Origin: Deltaproteobacteria bacterium
GTDB taxonomy: Bacteria > Desulfobacterota > Binatia > UTPRO1
Assembly (NCBI GenBank): GCA_029262315.1
Contig: JAJCZP010000241.1
Span: forward strand, 10,470 to 74,469
Direction of reading: 5' to 3'
DNA: 64,000 nt
This document shows positions 46,678 to 56,653 of the stretch, one piece after another (the stretch's first letter is position 1; each line of letters begins with the position of its first letter). Under the pieces are notes generated by a model that saw nothing but the letters and a program-made list of their open reading frames with translations, ran no database searches and had not been told where the DNA came from. Made by a program: the position numbers and the translations under genes.

Positions 46678-47610
46678 GTGCCAACGATCGGCATTCCTCT
46701 CCCGCCAGCGGCTGCCTTCGACGTTCTGGGGGTGGGGGTCAACGCGGTTGATCATCTCTGCACCGTTCCCGCGTTTCCAGTGTTCAACAGCAAGACCGCG
46801 TTGGCCGACTACGATTGCCAGCCCGGTGGACAGGTGGCGACCGCGCTCGTGGCACTCCAGCGTTGGGGATGCGCGACCGCCTATGTCGGGACGTTCGGTG
46901 GCGACCAGGCGGGAGACTTGTCGCGGCGCTCTCTCGTGGACGAGGGGATCGACGTCACGCACGCTCGCGTTCGTCGCGGTGTTCCCAATCAACTCGCCGT
47001 CATCCTCGTCGATGAGAAGACGGGCGAGCGGACGATCATGATGCGTCGCGATGCCGCGCTCACGCTCGATCCCGAGGAGATCGAACGCGCCGTCGTGACC
47101 TCGGCGCGCGTGTTGCATCTCGACGGCTACGACGTCGCGGCCGCGACGCGCGCGGCTACTTGGGCGCGCGCTGCGGGCATTCCCGTCGTGGTCGATGTCG
47201 ATATGGAGGTCGGCGGGGTTGATGCATTGCTCGCCGCGACCGACGCGGTCATCGTGTCGCTCGAGTTCGCGCTTGCGCTTTCTGGCGCGACTACTCCAGA
47301 GCGAGCGCTCCGTCGACTCGGGGCCGATACCGGCGCGGTGTTGGTCGCGATCACCCGCGGTGCGGAGGGCTGTATGGCCCTGATGGGGGGTGACCTGCAC
47401 GTCTTTCCCGCTTACGCGATCACCTGTGTGGATTCGACTGGCGCGGGCGATGTCTTCCATGCGGGGTTCATCTACGGCCTGCTCCAGAATTGGCCGCTCG
47501 AGCGTGCCCTCCGGTTCGCGAACGCCACCGCTGCGCTGAAGTGCACTGCGCGGGGCGGGCGCCCGGGCATCCCTAGCGTTGCGGCCGCCATCGACTTGAT
47601 GGCCGGCTGA
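46678..47610 (+). CDS. PfkB-family carbohydrate kinase.
   Basis: GGQVATALVAL... and the C-terminal DSTGAGDVFHAGFIYGL signature. Confidence 0.85.
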   Translation: MPTIGIPLPPAAAFDVLGVGVNAVDHLCTVPAFPVFNSKTALADYDCQPGGQVATALVALQRWGCATAYVGTFGGDQAGDLSRRSLVDEGIDVTHARVRRGVPNQLAVILVDEKTGERTIMMRRDAALTLDPEEIERAVVTSARVLHLDGYDVAAATRAATWARAAGIPVVVDVDMEVGGVDALLAATDAVIVSLEFALALSGATTPERALRRLGADTGAVLVAITRGAEGCMALMGGDLHVFPAYAITCVDSTGAGDVFHAGFIYGLLQNWPLERALRFANATAALKCTARGGRPGIPSVAAAIDLMAG

Positions 47611-47676
47611 GACGGTTTCGCCCAGCCCGCTGCCTGCGCGGCGTGCATTGCTTCATCGGGGCGATCGGCCTAAGAA

Positions 47677-49293
47677 TTGAGTATGACTCAATATAAGCCT
47701 GAAAGCCCCGCAGGCGTGCGGCGGAGGGCTCATACGGACTGGTCGTTCCCCTTCCCTCCCCCCGGGAAGCGCAGGGCTCGTGCCGACGCCAACGGTGCCG
47801 TGCCGCCGCGTACCGCCTATCGATGGCCGTTTCGCCCGCTCGATACAGAGGCCCTACCCGCGCGCGGGGTCCCGTCGCCAATCGGGCGTGAGGCGTTCAA
47901 GCGCGGTGTCCGCGATGCGACGGAGTGCGACGATGTCGGCGTCATCTCGTTGGACGATCCGGCGATCGCCCACGAGGTCGAGGAGGTGCGCTACGTGTAT
48001 CCGCACGCGCGCTCGTTGGTCGTTCTGATCGCCGAGGAGAACAAGCCGGCGATGCAATCGCGCTACCTGCCGACCGCGAATCACGAACTCTACACGTGTG
48101 AGGAACGCTTGTTCGAGATCGGTCGGCGCACGGTCAAATACATCAATACGCTCGGCGGCGAGGGACTCACGACGACAGTTGGCTGGCCGCAAGAGGTCAG
48201 CCGTCGCTGGGCCGACAAGATCTGGCCACTCAGCCACAAGTTGGTGGCGCATGCCGCTGGCCTCGGTGTGATCGGACTCAGTCGTAATTTTCTGCACAGG
48301 AAGTTCGGCGCGTATTGCCTGATCGACACGGTCGTCACGAACCTGGAATTCGAGGAGTTCGATACACCCGTCGATTGGAATCCTTGTCTCGAATGCAACC
48401 TCTGCGTTGCCTCCTGTCCGACCGAGGCGATCAAGGCTGACGGCGATTTCGACTTCTTCGCGTGCTACAATCACACGTATCGTGACTCGATCCCGGGTTT
48501 CCTCGACCTGGTACGCGATCTCGGCGAGGCCAAACCCCGCAAGTTCGACAAGCGTTGGAGCGATGTCGAGATCGCGGCGCTGTGGCAGTCACTGGCGTTC
48601 AAAGTCGAGTATCGCTGCTTCAACTGCGTCGCCACCTGCCCCGCCGAGATTCACGACTCGTTTCATGGCGATCGGGGTACGCGTCGGCGCTACCTCGACG
48701 AGACGTTGAAGCCCCTGACATACACGCGCACGCACGAAGAAGAACAATTCGTCATCGACACGCCCAGTGCTCGCGAACGTTACGACATTCCGCCGGGTGA
48801 GTGGCGCACGCCACTCGATCCCGCGGCCCCGGCATCGCAAACGGTACGGCTGGTCAGCTTGCAGCGCATCCGCACGCAGGACGTCGATCCGATGATGCGC
48901 AACATGCCGCAGTACTTTCGGAGCTACGAAGCCGCGGGCCTCGATTTCACGACGCAATTCGACTTCGGGGGGCCCGGTGGCGGGCAGTGGGTGATGCGGA
49001 TCCAGAACAAGCGGTGCGCCGTACAGCCGGGAACGACGCCCGACCCTGATCTCACGATCCGATGTCCAGGGACGTTGTTCCTCGGTATCCACCAGGGGAC
49101 GAAGAGTGCCCCGTGGGCGATGGTGACGGGACGCCTCAAAGTGACGGGCGACCGACGACTCTTCCTCCAGTTTCCCCGGCTGTTTCCGACCGAGCCGGCG
49201 AGCGGTCTGCTTGCGCGCGCGCGCTTCGCATTGCGACGATGGCACCGGCGCCGCAGCGGGCGTATCGCGTCCTCGAAGCGGCCTGCTGCATGA
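47677..49293 (+). CDS. QueG/reductive-dehalogenase-like 4Fe-4S protein fused to a C-terminal SCP2 lipid-carrier domain.
   Basis: HKLVAHAAGLGVIGLSRNFL...CLECNLCVASCPTEAI and CFNCVATCPAEI (QueG-like Fe-S region). C-terminal FDFGGPGGGQWVMRIQNKRCAVQPG...DLTIRCPGTLFLGIHQGTKSAPWAMVTGRLKVTGD (SCP2 pattern). The start is TTG at 47677 or ATG at 47683. Confidence 0.65.
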   Translation: MSMTQYKPESPAGVRRRAHTDWSFPFPPPGKRRARADANGAVPPRTAYRWPFRPLDTEALPARGVPSPIGREAFKRGVRDATECDDVGVISLDDPAIAHEVEEVRYVYPHARSLVVLIAEENKPAMQSRYLPTANHELYTCEERLFEIGRRTVKYINTLGGEGLTTTVGWPQEVSRRWADKIWPLSHKLVAHAAGLGVIGLSRNFLHRKFGAYCLIDTVVTNLEFEEFDTPVDWNPCLECNLCVASCPTEAIKADGDFDFFACYNHTYRDSIPGFLDLVRDLGEAKPRKFDKRWSDVEIAALWQSLAFKVEYRCFNCVATCPAEIHDSFHGDRGTRRRYLDETLKPLTYTRTHEEEQFVIDTPSARERYDIPPGEWRTPLDPAAPASQTVRLVSLQRIRTQDVDPMMRNMPQYFRSYEAAGLDFTTQFDFGGPGGGQWVMRIQNKRCAVQPGTTPDPDLTIRCPGTLFLGIHQGTKSAPWAMVTGRLKVTGDRRLFLQFPRLFPTEPASGLLARARFALRRWHRRRSGRIASSKRPAA

Positions 49294-49949
49294 CCCGTCG
49301 GACGTCGCCGGCCGCGCCTACGCTGCGATCGCGCCCTACGCGCACGCGGCGTCGCGTCTCGTGGCGGAAGGATCCCGAGGGGCGGCGCGTGCGGATTCTC
49401 GATGCCGCCGCACGCCTGTTTGGGCAGCACGGATTCATGCACGTGCGCACCGGTGCCATCGCCGCGGCCGCCGACGTGTCCGAGGGCACCGTGTTTCATC
49501 ATTTCGGCTCGAAGGAGGGTCTGCTGTCCGAGGTCGCCGAGCGCTACGGCCGCGGCTTTGCCGGCGCGATGTTCGAGGGCGTGCGACCGGAGGATCCGCT
49601 GCCCGACCCCGACTGGACCGTCCGCCGGGCGTTCGCCTACGTGCGACACAGCGATCCGTCGTTCGGCGTATTTCTCCTCAGCGACGACCCGACGACGCCG
49701 GGCCGCGCGCGACGGGCCAACCGCCAGGAGATCGTCAACACTTTGACTCGCTTCTTGGAGAGCTGGATGGCGCGCGGCCTGGTTCGACGGCTCGACCCGC
49801 AGGTGGTCGCCGAGTTGCTCTTCGGTTTGGTCGAGACGGCGCTGAAGGAGTGCTACGCCCGCGGCCAGCAGGAGCGCGAGGAAGTGTACGTGCGGGAGGT
49901 CGCGCATGCGATTCGGGGTATGCTGGAGGAAAGCACTCCCCTACCCTAA
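49290..49949 (+). CDS. TetR-family transcriptional regulator.
   Basis: The ATG overlaps the upstream stop (ATGA). RILDAAARLFGQHGFMHVRTGAIAAAADVSEGTVFHHFGSKEGLL is the TetR HTH. Confidence 0.85.
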   Translation: MTRRTSPAAPTLRSRPTRTRRRVSWRKDPEGRRVRILDAAARLFGQHGFMHVRTGAIAAAADVSEGTVFHHFGSKEGLLSEVAERYGRGFAGAMFEGVRPEDPLPDPDWTVRRAFAYVRHSDPSFGVFLLSDDPTTPGRARRANRQEIVNTLTRFLESWMARGLVRRLDPQVVAELLFGLVETALKECYARGQQEREEVYVREVAHAIRGMLEESTPLP

Positions 49950-49975
49950 ATCGCGTGCGGTGGGGGTGTTCCCAG

Positions 49976-50791
49976 GTGGACTCGGCGGTCGGTGGCGCCC
50001 GGGCGCTATGGGGCGCTACGCTCGGTACCGGGCTGGTGCTCACTTTGGTGGCGGCGCCCGCGGAGACCAGTGGTTGGAAGGAGACGGCCCGCTCCAATGG
50101 GGTCGTCGTTGCGGAACGGAGCGCCCCGGACCAACGCGTGCCGACCTTCCGCGCCATAGGCCTCGTTGACGCCGACCTGCCGACCGTCCTCCGCGTCATC
50201 CAGGAAGCCGATCGGCACCCGGAATGGCTCGAAGACTGCATCGGCGCGCGCGTGCTTGCTCGGGAAAGCGAGAGCGTCAGCTACACCTACCATCGGACGA
50301 ACGTGCCGTGGCCGCTGGCGGATCGGGACGTGATCTTGCGGACCGAGGTCGAGGTCGTCGAGCCTCGTGGGCTCGTGTTCGTGCGGTTTCGGAGCGCGCC
50401 GGACAGAGCGCCGGTGGTGAGCGGCGTGGTCCGGATCGCCACACTGGAAGGATTCTACCGCCTCGAGGCGCTTGCTGGTCATCGGACGAGTGTCGAGTAT
50501 CGTGTCACTGTCGAGCCGGCAGGACGCGTGCCGAGCTGGGTACAGAGCCGGGCGACGCGAAGCATTCCGCTGAGTACTGTTCTGGGGTTGCAGCGACAGA
50601 GCGCGCTCGTCGCCGGCGAGAACTCCGTGCTGATTGCCGCTGAGCCGGAAGCCACTGTGAATTCGAGTGCGACCGCTCGCGTTGTCGCGTCCGATGCGGC
50701 CCCGGCGCCACCAGGCGACGGGACGGTGACCAGACGGGACGGGGCGGTCACGAGTTTGGTGCCCCAGACGACCGCCAGCGGCGGCTTCTAG
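49976..50791 (+). CDS. Exported START/SRPBCC-domain lipid-binding protein.
   Basis: GTG start and a signal-like N-terminus (LGTGLVLTLVAAPAETS). GWKETARSNGVVVAER...HPEWLEDC...NVPWPLADRDVILRTEV...VPSWV matches the START-domain pattern. The in-frame upstream 255 codons overlap the TetR gene and are not coding. Confidence 0.6.
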   Translation: MDSAVGGARALWGATLGTGLVLTLVAAPAETSGWKETARSNGVVVAERSAPDQRVPTFRAIGLVDADLPTVLRVIQEADRHPEWLEDCIGARVLARESESVSYTYHRTNVPWPLADRDVILRTEVEVVEPRGLVFVRFRSAPDRAPVVSGVVRIATLEGFYRLEALAGHRTSVEYRVTVEPAGRVPSWVQSRATRSIPLSTVLGLQRQSALVAGENSVLIAAEPEATVNSSATARVVASDAAPAPPGDGTVTRRDGAVTSLVPQTTASGGF

Positions 50792-50977
50792 CTCGGTTCA
50801 GATCGGGGGCGCAGTGCTGGCCTCCGGCCCAGTTCATATCGGAGGCCTCGCCTCGGTCTTCGGCCCGGTTCGCGCTGTGCAGCGCAGCTAGCGGTCGTAG
50901 CTCGGGTCATGTCGTGGACGGGCCTCCGGCCCTTCGCGTTGCGGGGTTCTGGGGGCGTTGGTAGTGTCGCACGTGGG

Positions 50978-51009
50978 CCCACCGGGCCGGTCTGACCGGC
51001 CTTGGTGGG
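50978..51009. other. 32-nt near-perfect palindrome immediately upstream of the mfd start codon.
   Basis: CCCACC-G-GGCCGGTC-T-GACCGGCC-TT-GGTGGG. It ends 9 nt before the ATG at 51019. Confidence 0.7.
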
Positions 51010-51018
51010 TATTCGTGT

Positions 51019-54000
51019 ATGCAGCCGAGGGTACAGCCGAGAGCCGCCGATGGCGGGAGTTCGCTCCGTGATGCCATCCGCCGGGTTGGTGCGGTTGGCA
51101 CGGGTGAACGGTTGCGTGTCGAGGGCTTGCGGGCGGGCGGTCGGGCGCAGCTGATCGCCGAGGCGTCGCGGACGACGCCAGCGCCGCTGCTGATTCTCAC
51201 TGCGGACGGCGAAGCCGCCGAAGCCCTGGTAGGCGATATAAGCTTTTTTCTGGGCGAGGATCACCGCACCCCCGTGCTCGATCGGCGCGTGCATCTCTTT
51301 CCGGCGTGGGACGTTCCAGCCTTCGAGCCGGTGTCGCCCTCGGCGCCGGTCGTGGCGGATCGGATGGCCACGCTCTTCTATCTTCTCGAAGGCCGCGACC
51401 CGATCGTCGTGACGACTCCCGAGGCGCTGATGCAACGGGTCATGCCACGCGGCACGTTCAAGGGCGCTCTCCGCTATCTCGTCGAAGGCGACGAGATCGA
51501 TGTCGAAGAGCTCACGGCCCATCTCGTGGCGTGGGGGTACCAACGGCTTCCGGCGGTTGAGGATCGTGGTGAGTTTAGCGTACGCGGCGCGTTGATCGAC
51601 GTCTTTCCGCTGCTGGAAGCGGCGCCGCTGCGGATCGAGCTGAACGGCGATCGCATCGAGAGCATCCGAATGTTCGATCCCGACACGCAGCGCTCACATG
51701 CCAGTCGCGAGGAGTTGGTCGTGCTGCCCGCGCGCGCGGTTTCGCTCGCGCATCTCGGAGGGTCGGCGGGGCGACGAGCGGTCGAGACCCGCGCCATCGA
51801 AATCGGCATGCCGCGACTCGAGCGGCATGCGATGACGGACGCGATCGAGAACGGACTCTTCTTCCCCGGCGTGGAGTTCACGGCGCCGTATCTGTACCCG
51901 GGCGGCCTAGCCACGCTCTTCGACTTTCTACCATCGGGCGTCCGGCTCTGGGTCGATGACCCGGGGCGCATCGAGGGGATGTGGGAAACCGCGTGGGACG
52001 CGGTCGGTATCCGTGCCGGCGAAGCCGAGCAGGCGCCGCGATTTTTTTCGCCAGTCGAGCACTGGTTTCTCGATCCGCACCAGATGCGGGAAGTCCTTCA
52101 GCCGTTCCCGACCATAGAGCTCGATTCGCTCGTTGGCCTCTCCGGTGTTCCGGGGCGCGTCCATCTCACGTGCTACACCCTGGCCGATGTGACGGGCGTC
52201 CAGGCCGAGCAGGCATCGCCGACGATGAAGCCGATCGCGGATCGGATTCGTGAGTGGGAGTCGGAAGGGCGGCGCACGATTCTGGTCGTTCCGGGCGCGA
52301 ATCAGGGCGCACGACTCCAACAGCTGCTCGAAGGGCACGATCTGGCGCCCAGCATCGCGACCACGCCGCTACCCGAGATTCTCGCTATGCGCGGCACCGC
52401 GCCGGTGATCGTCGACGGCGTTCTGTCGCAGGGCTTCCGTTTTCCCAGCGAGCCGGTCGTGTTCGTGAGTGAGGAGGAGCTCTTCGGCGAGCGCCGCCAG
52501 CGGCGGCGTGCCCGCAGGGTGAGTGCCGCGGACGTGCTGTCGAGTCTCGCCGAGCTCAAGTCGGATGACTATGTCGTGCACGTCGATCACGGCATCGGTC
52601 TCTACCGTGGCCTCCGGCACATGACGGTTGCCGACGCCGCGGGCGATTTTCTCCACCTCGAGTATCTCGGTGGCGACCGCCTTTATCTGCCCGTTGATCG
52701 CATCAACCTGGTGCAGAAATACGTTGGCGGGAGCGATGGCGCCAAACCGTCACTGGACAAGCTCGGCGGCACGACCTGGGCGCGGGTCAAGAGTAAGACG
52801 CGCGAAGCGCTCCTCGCCATGGCACGCGAGCTCGTCGACGTCGCTGCCAGGCGGCAGGTGCTGGACGGCAAGACCTACGATCATACGTCGGACACCCTCT
52901 ATCAGGAGTTTGTGGCACGATTTCCGTTTGACGAGACCCCGGACCAGGAGCGCGCCATTGGCGAGGTCCTCGAAGATCTCAGTCGCCCGCGGCCGATGGA
53001 TCGGCTCGTGTGCGGCGATGTCGGCTTCGGCAAGACCGAGGTCGCCATGCGTGCGGCGTTCGTGGTGACGATGAGCGGGCGCCAGACCGCAGCGCTGGTC
53101 CCGACGACCGTGCTCGCGCAGCAGCACTACGATACGTTCCGGGAGCGCTTCGCGGGCTATCCGCTGCGCATCGAGATGCTGTCGCGGTTTCGTTCGCGCG
53201 CCGAGAACCTCGAGATCATCGAAGGCCTGGCTGTCGGAACCATCGACGTTGTCGTCGGCACTCATCGGTTGCTGCAAGGCGACGTGCAGTTTCGTGATCT
53301 CGGTCTGCTCGTGATCGATGAGGAGCATCGCTTCGGCGTGCGCGACAAGGAGCGTATCAAGGCGCTCCGTGCGATCGTCGATGTCCTCACGCTGACGGCG
53401 ACGCCCATTCCGCGTACGCTTCAGATGGCGTTGACGGGTATGCGCGATCTCTCGGTCATCGAGAGTCCGCCAGTCGATCGGCTCGCGATCCGCACGTATG
53501 TGACGCGCGCCGACGACGACGTGGTGCGCGAGGCCATCCTGCGCGAAATTCGTCGCGGTGGGCAGGTTTTCTTTGTCCACAATCGTGTCGAGTCCATCGA
53601 CCGCCAGGCGGAGCATCTCGCGAGCCTCGTGCCCGAGGCCACGGTAGTCGTCGGGCATGGGCAGATGGGCGAGCGGGGCCTCGAGCGCGTCATGGACGAC
53701 TTCATGCATCATCGCGCCAATGTGCTCGTCTGCTCGACGATCATCGAGTCGGGTATCGATATCCCGCGCGCCAACACCATCATCATCAACCGTGCCGACA
53801 CCTTCGGATTGGCGCAGCTCTACCAGCTGCGTGGACGCGTCGGCCGATCAAACTTGCGTGCGTACGCGTATCTGCTGATTCCGGGTGAGCATCTGATTGG
53901 TGGCGATGCGCACAAGCGGCTCGCGGCGCTGCAAGAGCTCGACGAGCTCGGCGGTGGGTTCCGTCTTGCGGCGCACGATCTCGAGATTCGCGGGGCAGGG

Positions 54001-54549
54001 AACCTGCTCGGAAAACAGCAATCCGGGCAGATCACGGCAGTTGGTTTCGAGCTTTACACGCACATGATGGAAGACGCCGTGCGCGAGGTGCGCGGGGAAA
54101 CCCTCACGGCCGATGTCGAGCCCGAGATCCAGCTTGGCATCGAGGCCTACGTCCCCGAGACGTATGTGCCGGACGTCAATCAACGCTTGGTGCTCTACAA
54201 ACGCCTTGCCGGTATCAAGCGGATCGCCGATCTCGATGACATCGCCCTGGAGCTGCAAGATCGCTTCGGTCCGATTCCGGCGTTGGTTGACAGTCTGCTG
54301 CGGATCATGAGTCTTCGGCGTACGTTGAAGGATCTTCTCGTGACCTCGCTCCGCCAGCGCGGCGAGTACGTGCTGTTCGAGCTGCATCCGGAAACACCGG
54401 TCGAGCCCCAGACCGTGCTCCGACTCACCAAGAAAGAGAACGAACGCGTACGCCTTTTCCCGGATTCTCGGGTCGGATATCGTCCGGAGGCACGCGATAC
54501 CGATGGCAAGATCGCCGAGCTTCAGGCGTTCTGTGGGAGGCTGCAATGA
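51019..54549 (+). CDS. mfd: Transcription-repair coupling factor.
   Basis: 1176 aa. [24 protein letters not shown] and TATPIPRTL helicase motifs, plus the UvrB-homology N-terminal region. Confidence 0.96.
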   Translation: MQPRVQPRAADGGSSLRDAIRRVGAVGTGERLRVEGLRAGGRAQLIAEASRTTPAPLLILTADGEAAEALVGDISFFLGEDHRTPVLDRRVHLFPAWDVPAFEPVSPSAPVVADRMATLFYLLEGRDPIVVTTPEALMQRVMPRGTFKGALRYLVEGDEIDVEELTAHLVAWGYQRLPAVEDRGEFSVRGALIDVFPLLEAAPLRIELNGDRIESIRMFDPDTQRSHASREELVVLPARAVSLAHLGGSAGRRAVETRAIEIGMPRLERHAMTDAIENGLFFPGVEFTAPYLYPGGLATLFDFLPSGVRLWVDDPGRIEGMWETAWDAVGIRAGEAEQAPRFFSPVEHWFLDPHQMREVLQPFPTIELDSLVGLSGVPGRVHLTCYTLADVTGVQAEQASPTMKPIADRIREWESEGRRTILVVPGANQGARLQQLLEGHDLAPSIATTPLPEILAMRGTAPVIVDGVLSQGFRFPSEPVVFVSEEELFGERRQRRRARRVSAADVLSSLAELKSDDYVVHVDHGIGLYRGLRHMTVADAAGDFLHLEYLGGDRLYLPVDRINLVQKYVGGSDGAKPSLDKLGGTTWARVKSKTREALLAMARELVDVAARRQVLDGKTYDHTSDTLYQEFVARFPFDETPDQERAIGEVLEDLSRPRPMDRLVCGDVGFGKTEVAMRAAFVVTMSGRQTAALVPTTVLAQQHYDTFRERFAGYPLRIEMLSRFRSRAENLEIIEGLAVGTIDVVVGTHRLLQGDVQFRDLGLLVIDEEHRFGVRDKERIKALRAIVDVLTLTATPIPRTLQMALTGMRDLSVIESPPVDRLAIRTYVTRADDDVVREAILREIRRGGQVFFVHNRVESIDRQAEHLASLVPEATVVVGHGQMGERGLERVMDDFMHHRANVLVCSTIIESGIDIPRANTIIINRADTFGLAQLYQLRGRVGRSNLRAYAYLLIPGEHLIGGDAHKRLAALQELDELGGGFRLAAHDLEIRGAGNLLGKQQSGQITAVGFELYTHMMEDAVREVRGETLTADVEPEIQLGIEAYVPETYVPDVNQRLVLYKRLAGIKRIADLDDIALELQDRFGPIPALVDSLLRIMSLRRTLKDLLVTSLRQRGEYVLFELHPETPVEPQTVLRLTKKENERVRLFPDSRVGYRPEARDTDGKIAELQAFCGRLQ

Positions 54550-55628
54550 CGGCAAGACAGTGGACCGTGTCGGCGCGCTTGGTAGTGATACTCGGGTTCG
54601 TGAGTATGGCGTCGTGCTCGTTGTGGGCGTCGAAGAGCGAGCCAACCGACGCCGACCAAGCGCAGACCGGAGACGGGGCTATGGTGGCCGATGGCGACGG
54701 GTTCGCGGACGCCACGCCAGACACCGCCACGGCGGGCCCCAGCGGCGTGCTGGTCAACCGCGTCGTTGCGACTCTCGATGGCGAGCCGATTACGATGATC
54801 GAGTTCGATTCCTTTCGTACGCGTTTCAGCGCGAACCCCGCGAATGAGGGAGCCGGCGCGCTCGACGAGGCCGCACTGCTCGATCAACTCTTGATGGAGA
54901 AGATCTTCGAGAAGCAGGTCGAAGCGCAGGGGCTGACGGCTTCGGATGAGCAGGTCGAGGAGTATCTGGCATCGATCCGTTCGCGGAACCAACTCACCGA
55001 GGAGCAGTTGCGCGCGGCCGTTGAGGCGCGCGGGTTCAACTACGACGGCTACATCGAACAGGTGCGCACCGACATCGAGCGTGCGAATCTCGTCAACAAA
55101 GAGATTCGCGCGCGGGTGAACGTCACACCCGAAGAAGTCGAGCGCTACTATCAGGCGCATCTCCCCGACTATGCTCTCTCGCCGCGGGTGCACGTCCGAC
55201 TCATTTCACTTCTGGTGCCTCCCGATGCGTCGAGCATTCAGCGTGAGGTTCTGCGCGAGAAAACAGAGGAGATTCAGGCCGATGCGGCGGCGGGCGCCAA
55301 CTTCGCCAAGCTTGCCAAGGAGTACTCGCAAGGCCCTGGGGCGGAGGACGGTGGCGATCTGGGCGTGATGGATCGCGGTGAGATGCAGGGTGCCTTCGAC
55401 GCGGCGGCGTTCACGCTCGCCGAGGGTGAGGTGAGTGACGTGATCGAGACCGAGACCGGGTACCACATCCTGAAAGTGGAAGAACACCTCGCGGAATCGC
55501 ACCGCCCACTCGAGGATGTGCAGGATGATATTCGCGAGGAACTCTATCGCAAGGCGATGGAAGAGCGCTACGATCGCTGGCTGACGAAGGATCTCCGGGA
55601 GAGGCACTACATCGAGATTCTGCTGTGA
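54546..55628 (+). CDS. SurA-like periplasmic chaperone / parvulin-type peptidyl-prolyl isomerase (lipoprotein-type signal).
   Basis: Lipobox SMASC, SurA N-terminal-like region, and PpiC domain GGDLGVMDRGEMQGAFDAAAFTLAEGEVSDVIETETGYHILKV. ATGA overlap with mfd. Confidence 0.8.
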   Translation: MTARQWTVSARLVVILGFVSMASCSLWASKSEPTDADQAQTGDGAMVADGDGFADATPDTATAGPSGVLVNRVVATLDGEPITMIEFDSFRTRFSANPANEGAGALDEAALLDQLLMEKIFEKQVEAQGLTASDEQVEEYLASIRSRNQLTEEQLRAAVEARGFNYDGYIEQVRTDIERANLVNKEIRARVNVTPEEVERYYQAHLPDYALSPRVHVRLISLLVPPDASSIQREVLREKTEEIQADAAAGANFAKLAKEYSQGPGAEDGGDLGVMDRGEMQGAFDAAAFTLAEGEVSDVIETETGYHILKVEEHLAESHRPLEDVQDDIREELYRKAMEERYDRWLTKDLRERHYIEILL

Positions 55629-56653
55629 TCCTGCTCGGCATCACGCTCGGTGATCCAGCGGGCGTCGGCGCGGAGGTCATCCTCAAGGCCATTGCTCGGC
55701 CGAAGGTTTCCCGTGTCCGGGTGGTGGTCATCGGGGATCTCGCCACGCTGCGGGCCACCGCGAAGCGGCTCCGCCTGCCGACAGAGCTCGTTGCCGTAGC
55801 CGAGGACCAGCTGCCAGCATTGGCGCGCGCCCGGCGCACGCCGGGGGTACTCCCGGTGCTGGCGCAGCGACCGCTGGTCGCGCGCGCTCGACGGCCAGGA
55901 AAGCCGACGCGCGAAGGCGGGCGGGCCGCCTATCGCTGGATCGAGACGGCCGCGCGCCTTGCCGTCGACGGAACGATCGACGGTGTGGTGACCGGGCCGA
56001 TCAGCAAAGAGTGGGTCACGCGCGGTGGGCTTCCGATTACCGGCCATACCGAGCTACTGCGGGATCTCACCGGGGCGCGCGACGTCCGTATGATGCTGGC
56101 TGGTCGCCGGCTCCGCGTCGTTCTCGTCACGATGCATTTGCCCTATCGGGCGGTTCCGAGGGCGATTCGGGGCACGCAGGTAGGGCGCACAATCGCCGTT
56201 GCCGATCAGCACCTACGCCGATATCATCATCTGACACGTCCGCGTCTCGCGGTCGCTGGCTTGAATCCCCACGCTGGCGAAGGAGGGTTGTTCGGCACTG
56301 AGGAACGGACGGTCATCGAGCCTGCGGTCACCGAAGCACGAAAGACTGGCATATCGGTGAGCGGTCCCTACCCACCGGATACGCTCTTTGTGAGAGCGGC
56401 CGCGGGTGAGTTTGACGCGGTGATCGCGATATACCACGACCAGGGGCTGATTCCGTTGAAGCTGCTGCACTTCCACGATGCGGTGAACGTCACTATGGGT
56501 TTGCCGATTGTGCGGACGTCACCCGATCACGGGACGGCGTACGACATCGCGGGGCGTGGCGTGGCGCAGGAGACCAGCATGGTCGAGGCGATCGCATACG
56601 CGGCCCGGATGGCACGGCACGGCGTGGGTCAACGAGGGAGACAGCCACGATGA
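55625..56653 (+). CDS. pdxA: 4-hydroxythreonine-4-phosphate dehydrogenase.
   Basis: ITLGDPAGVG, GHTELL, NPHAGE and IYHDQGLIPLK motifs. surA-pdxA linkage as in E. coli. Confidence 0.92.
   Translation: MILLGITLGDPAGVGAEVILKAIARPKVSRVRVVVIGDLATLRATAKRLRLPTELVAVAEDQLPALARARRTPGVLPVLAQRPLVARARRPGKPTREGGRAAYRWIETAARLAVDGTIDGVVTGPISKEWVTRGGLPITGHTELLRDLTGARDVRMMLAGRRLRVVLVTMHLPYRAVPRAIRGTQVGRTIAVADQHLRRYHHLTRPRLAVAGLNPHAGEGGLFGTEERTVIEPAVTEARKTGISVSGPYPPDTLFVRAAAGEFDAVIAIYHDQGLIPLKLLHFHDAVNVTMGLPIVRTSPDHGTAYDIAGRGVAQETSMVEAIAYAARMARHGVGQRGRQPR

Noticed and set aside
49211-49975. The in-frame upstream part of the 526-aa ORF that contains the START domain.
   Set aside because: It overlaps the end of the QueG-like gene and the whole TetR gene in another frame. 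It is Arg/Gly/Ala junk. The START domain is preceded by its own signal-like segment and a GTG.
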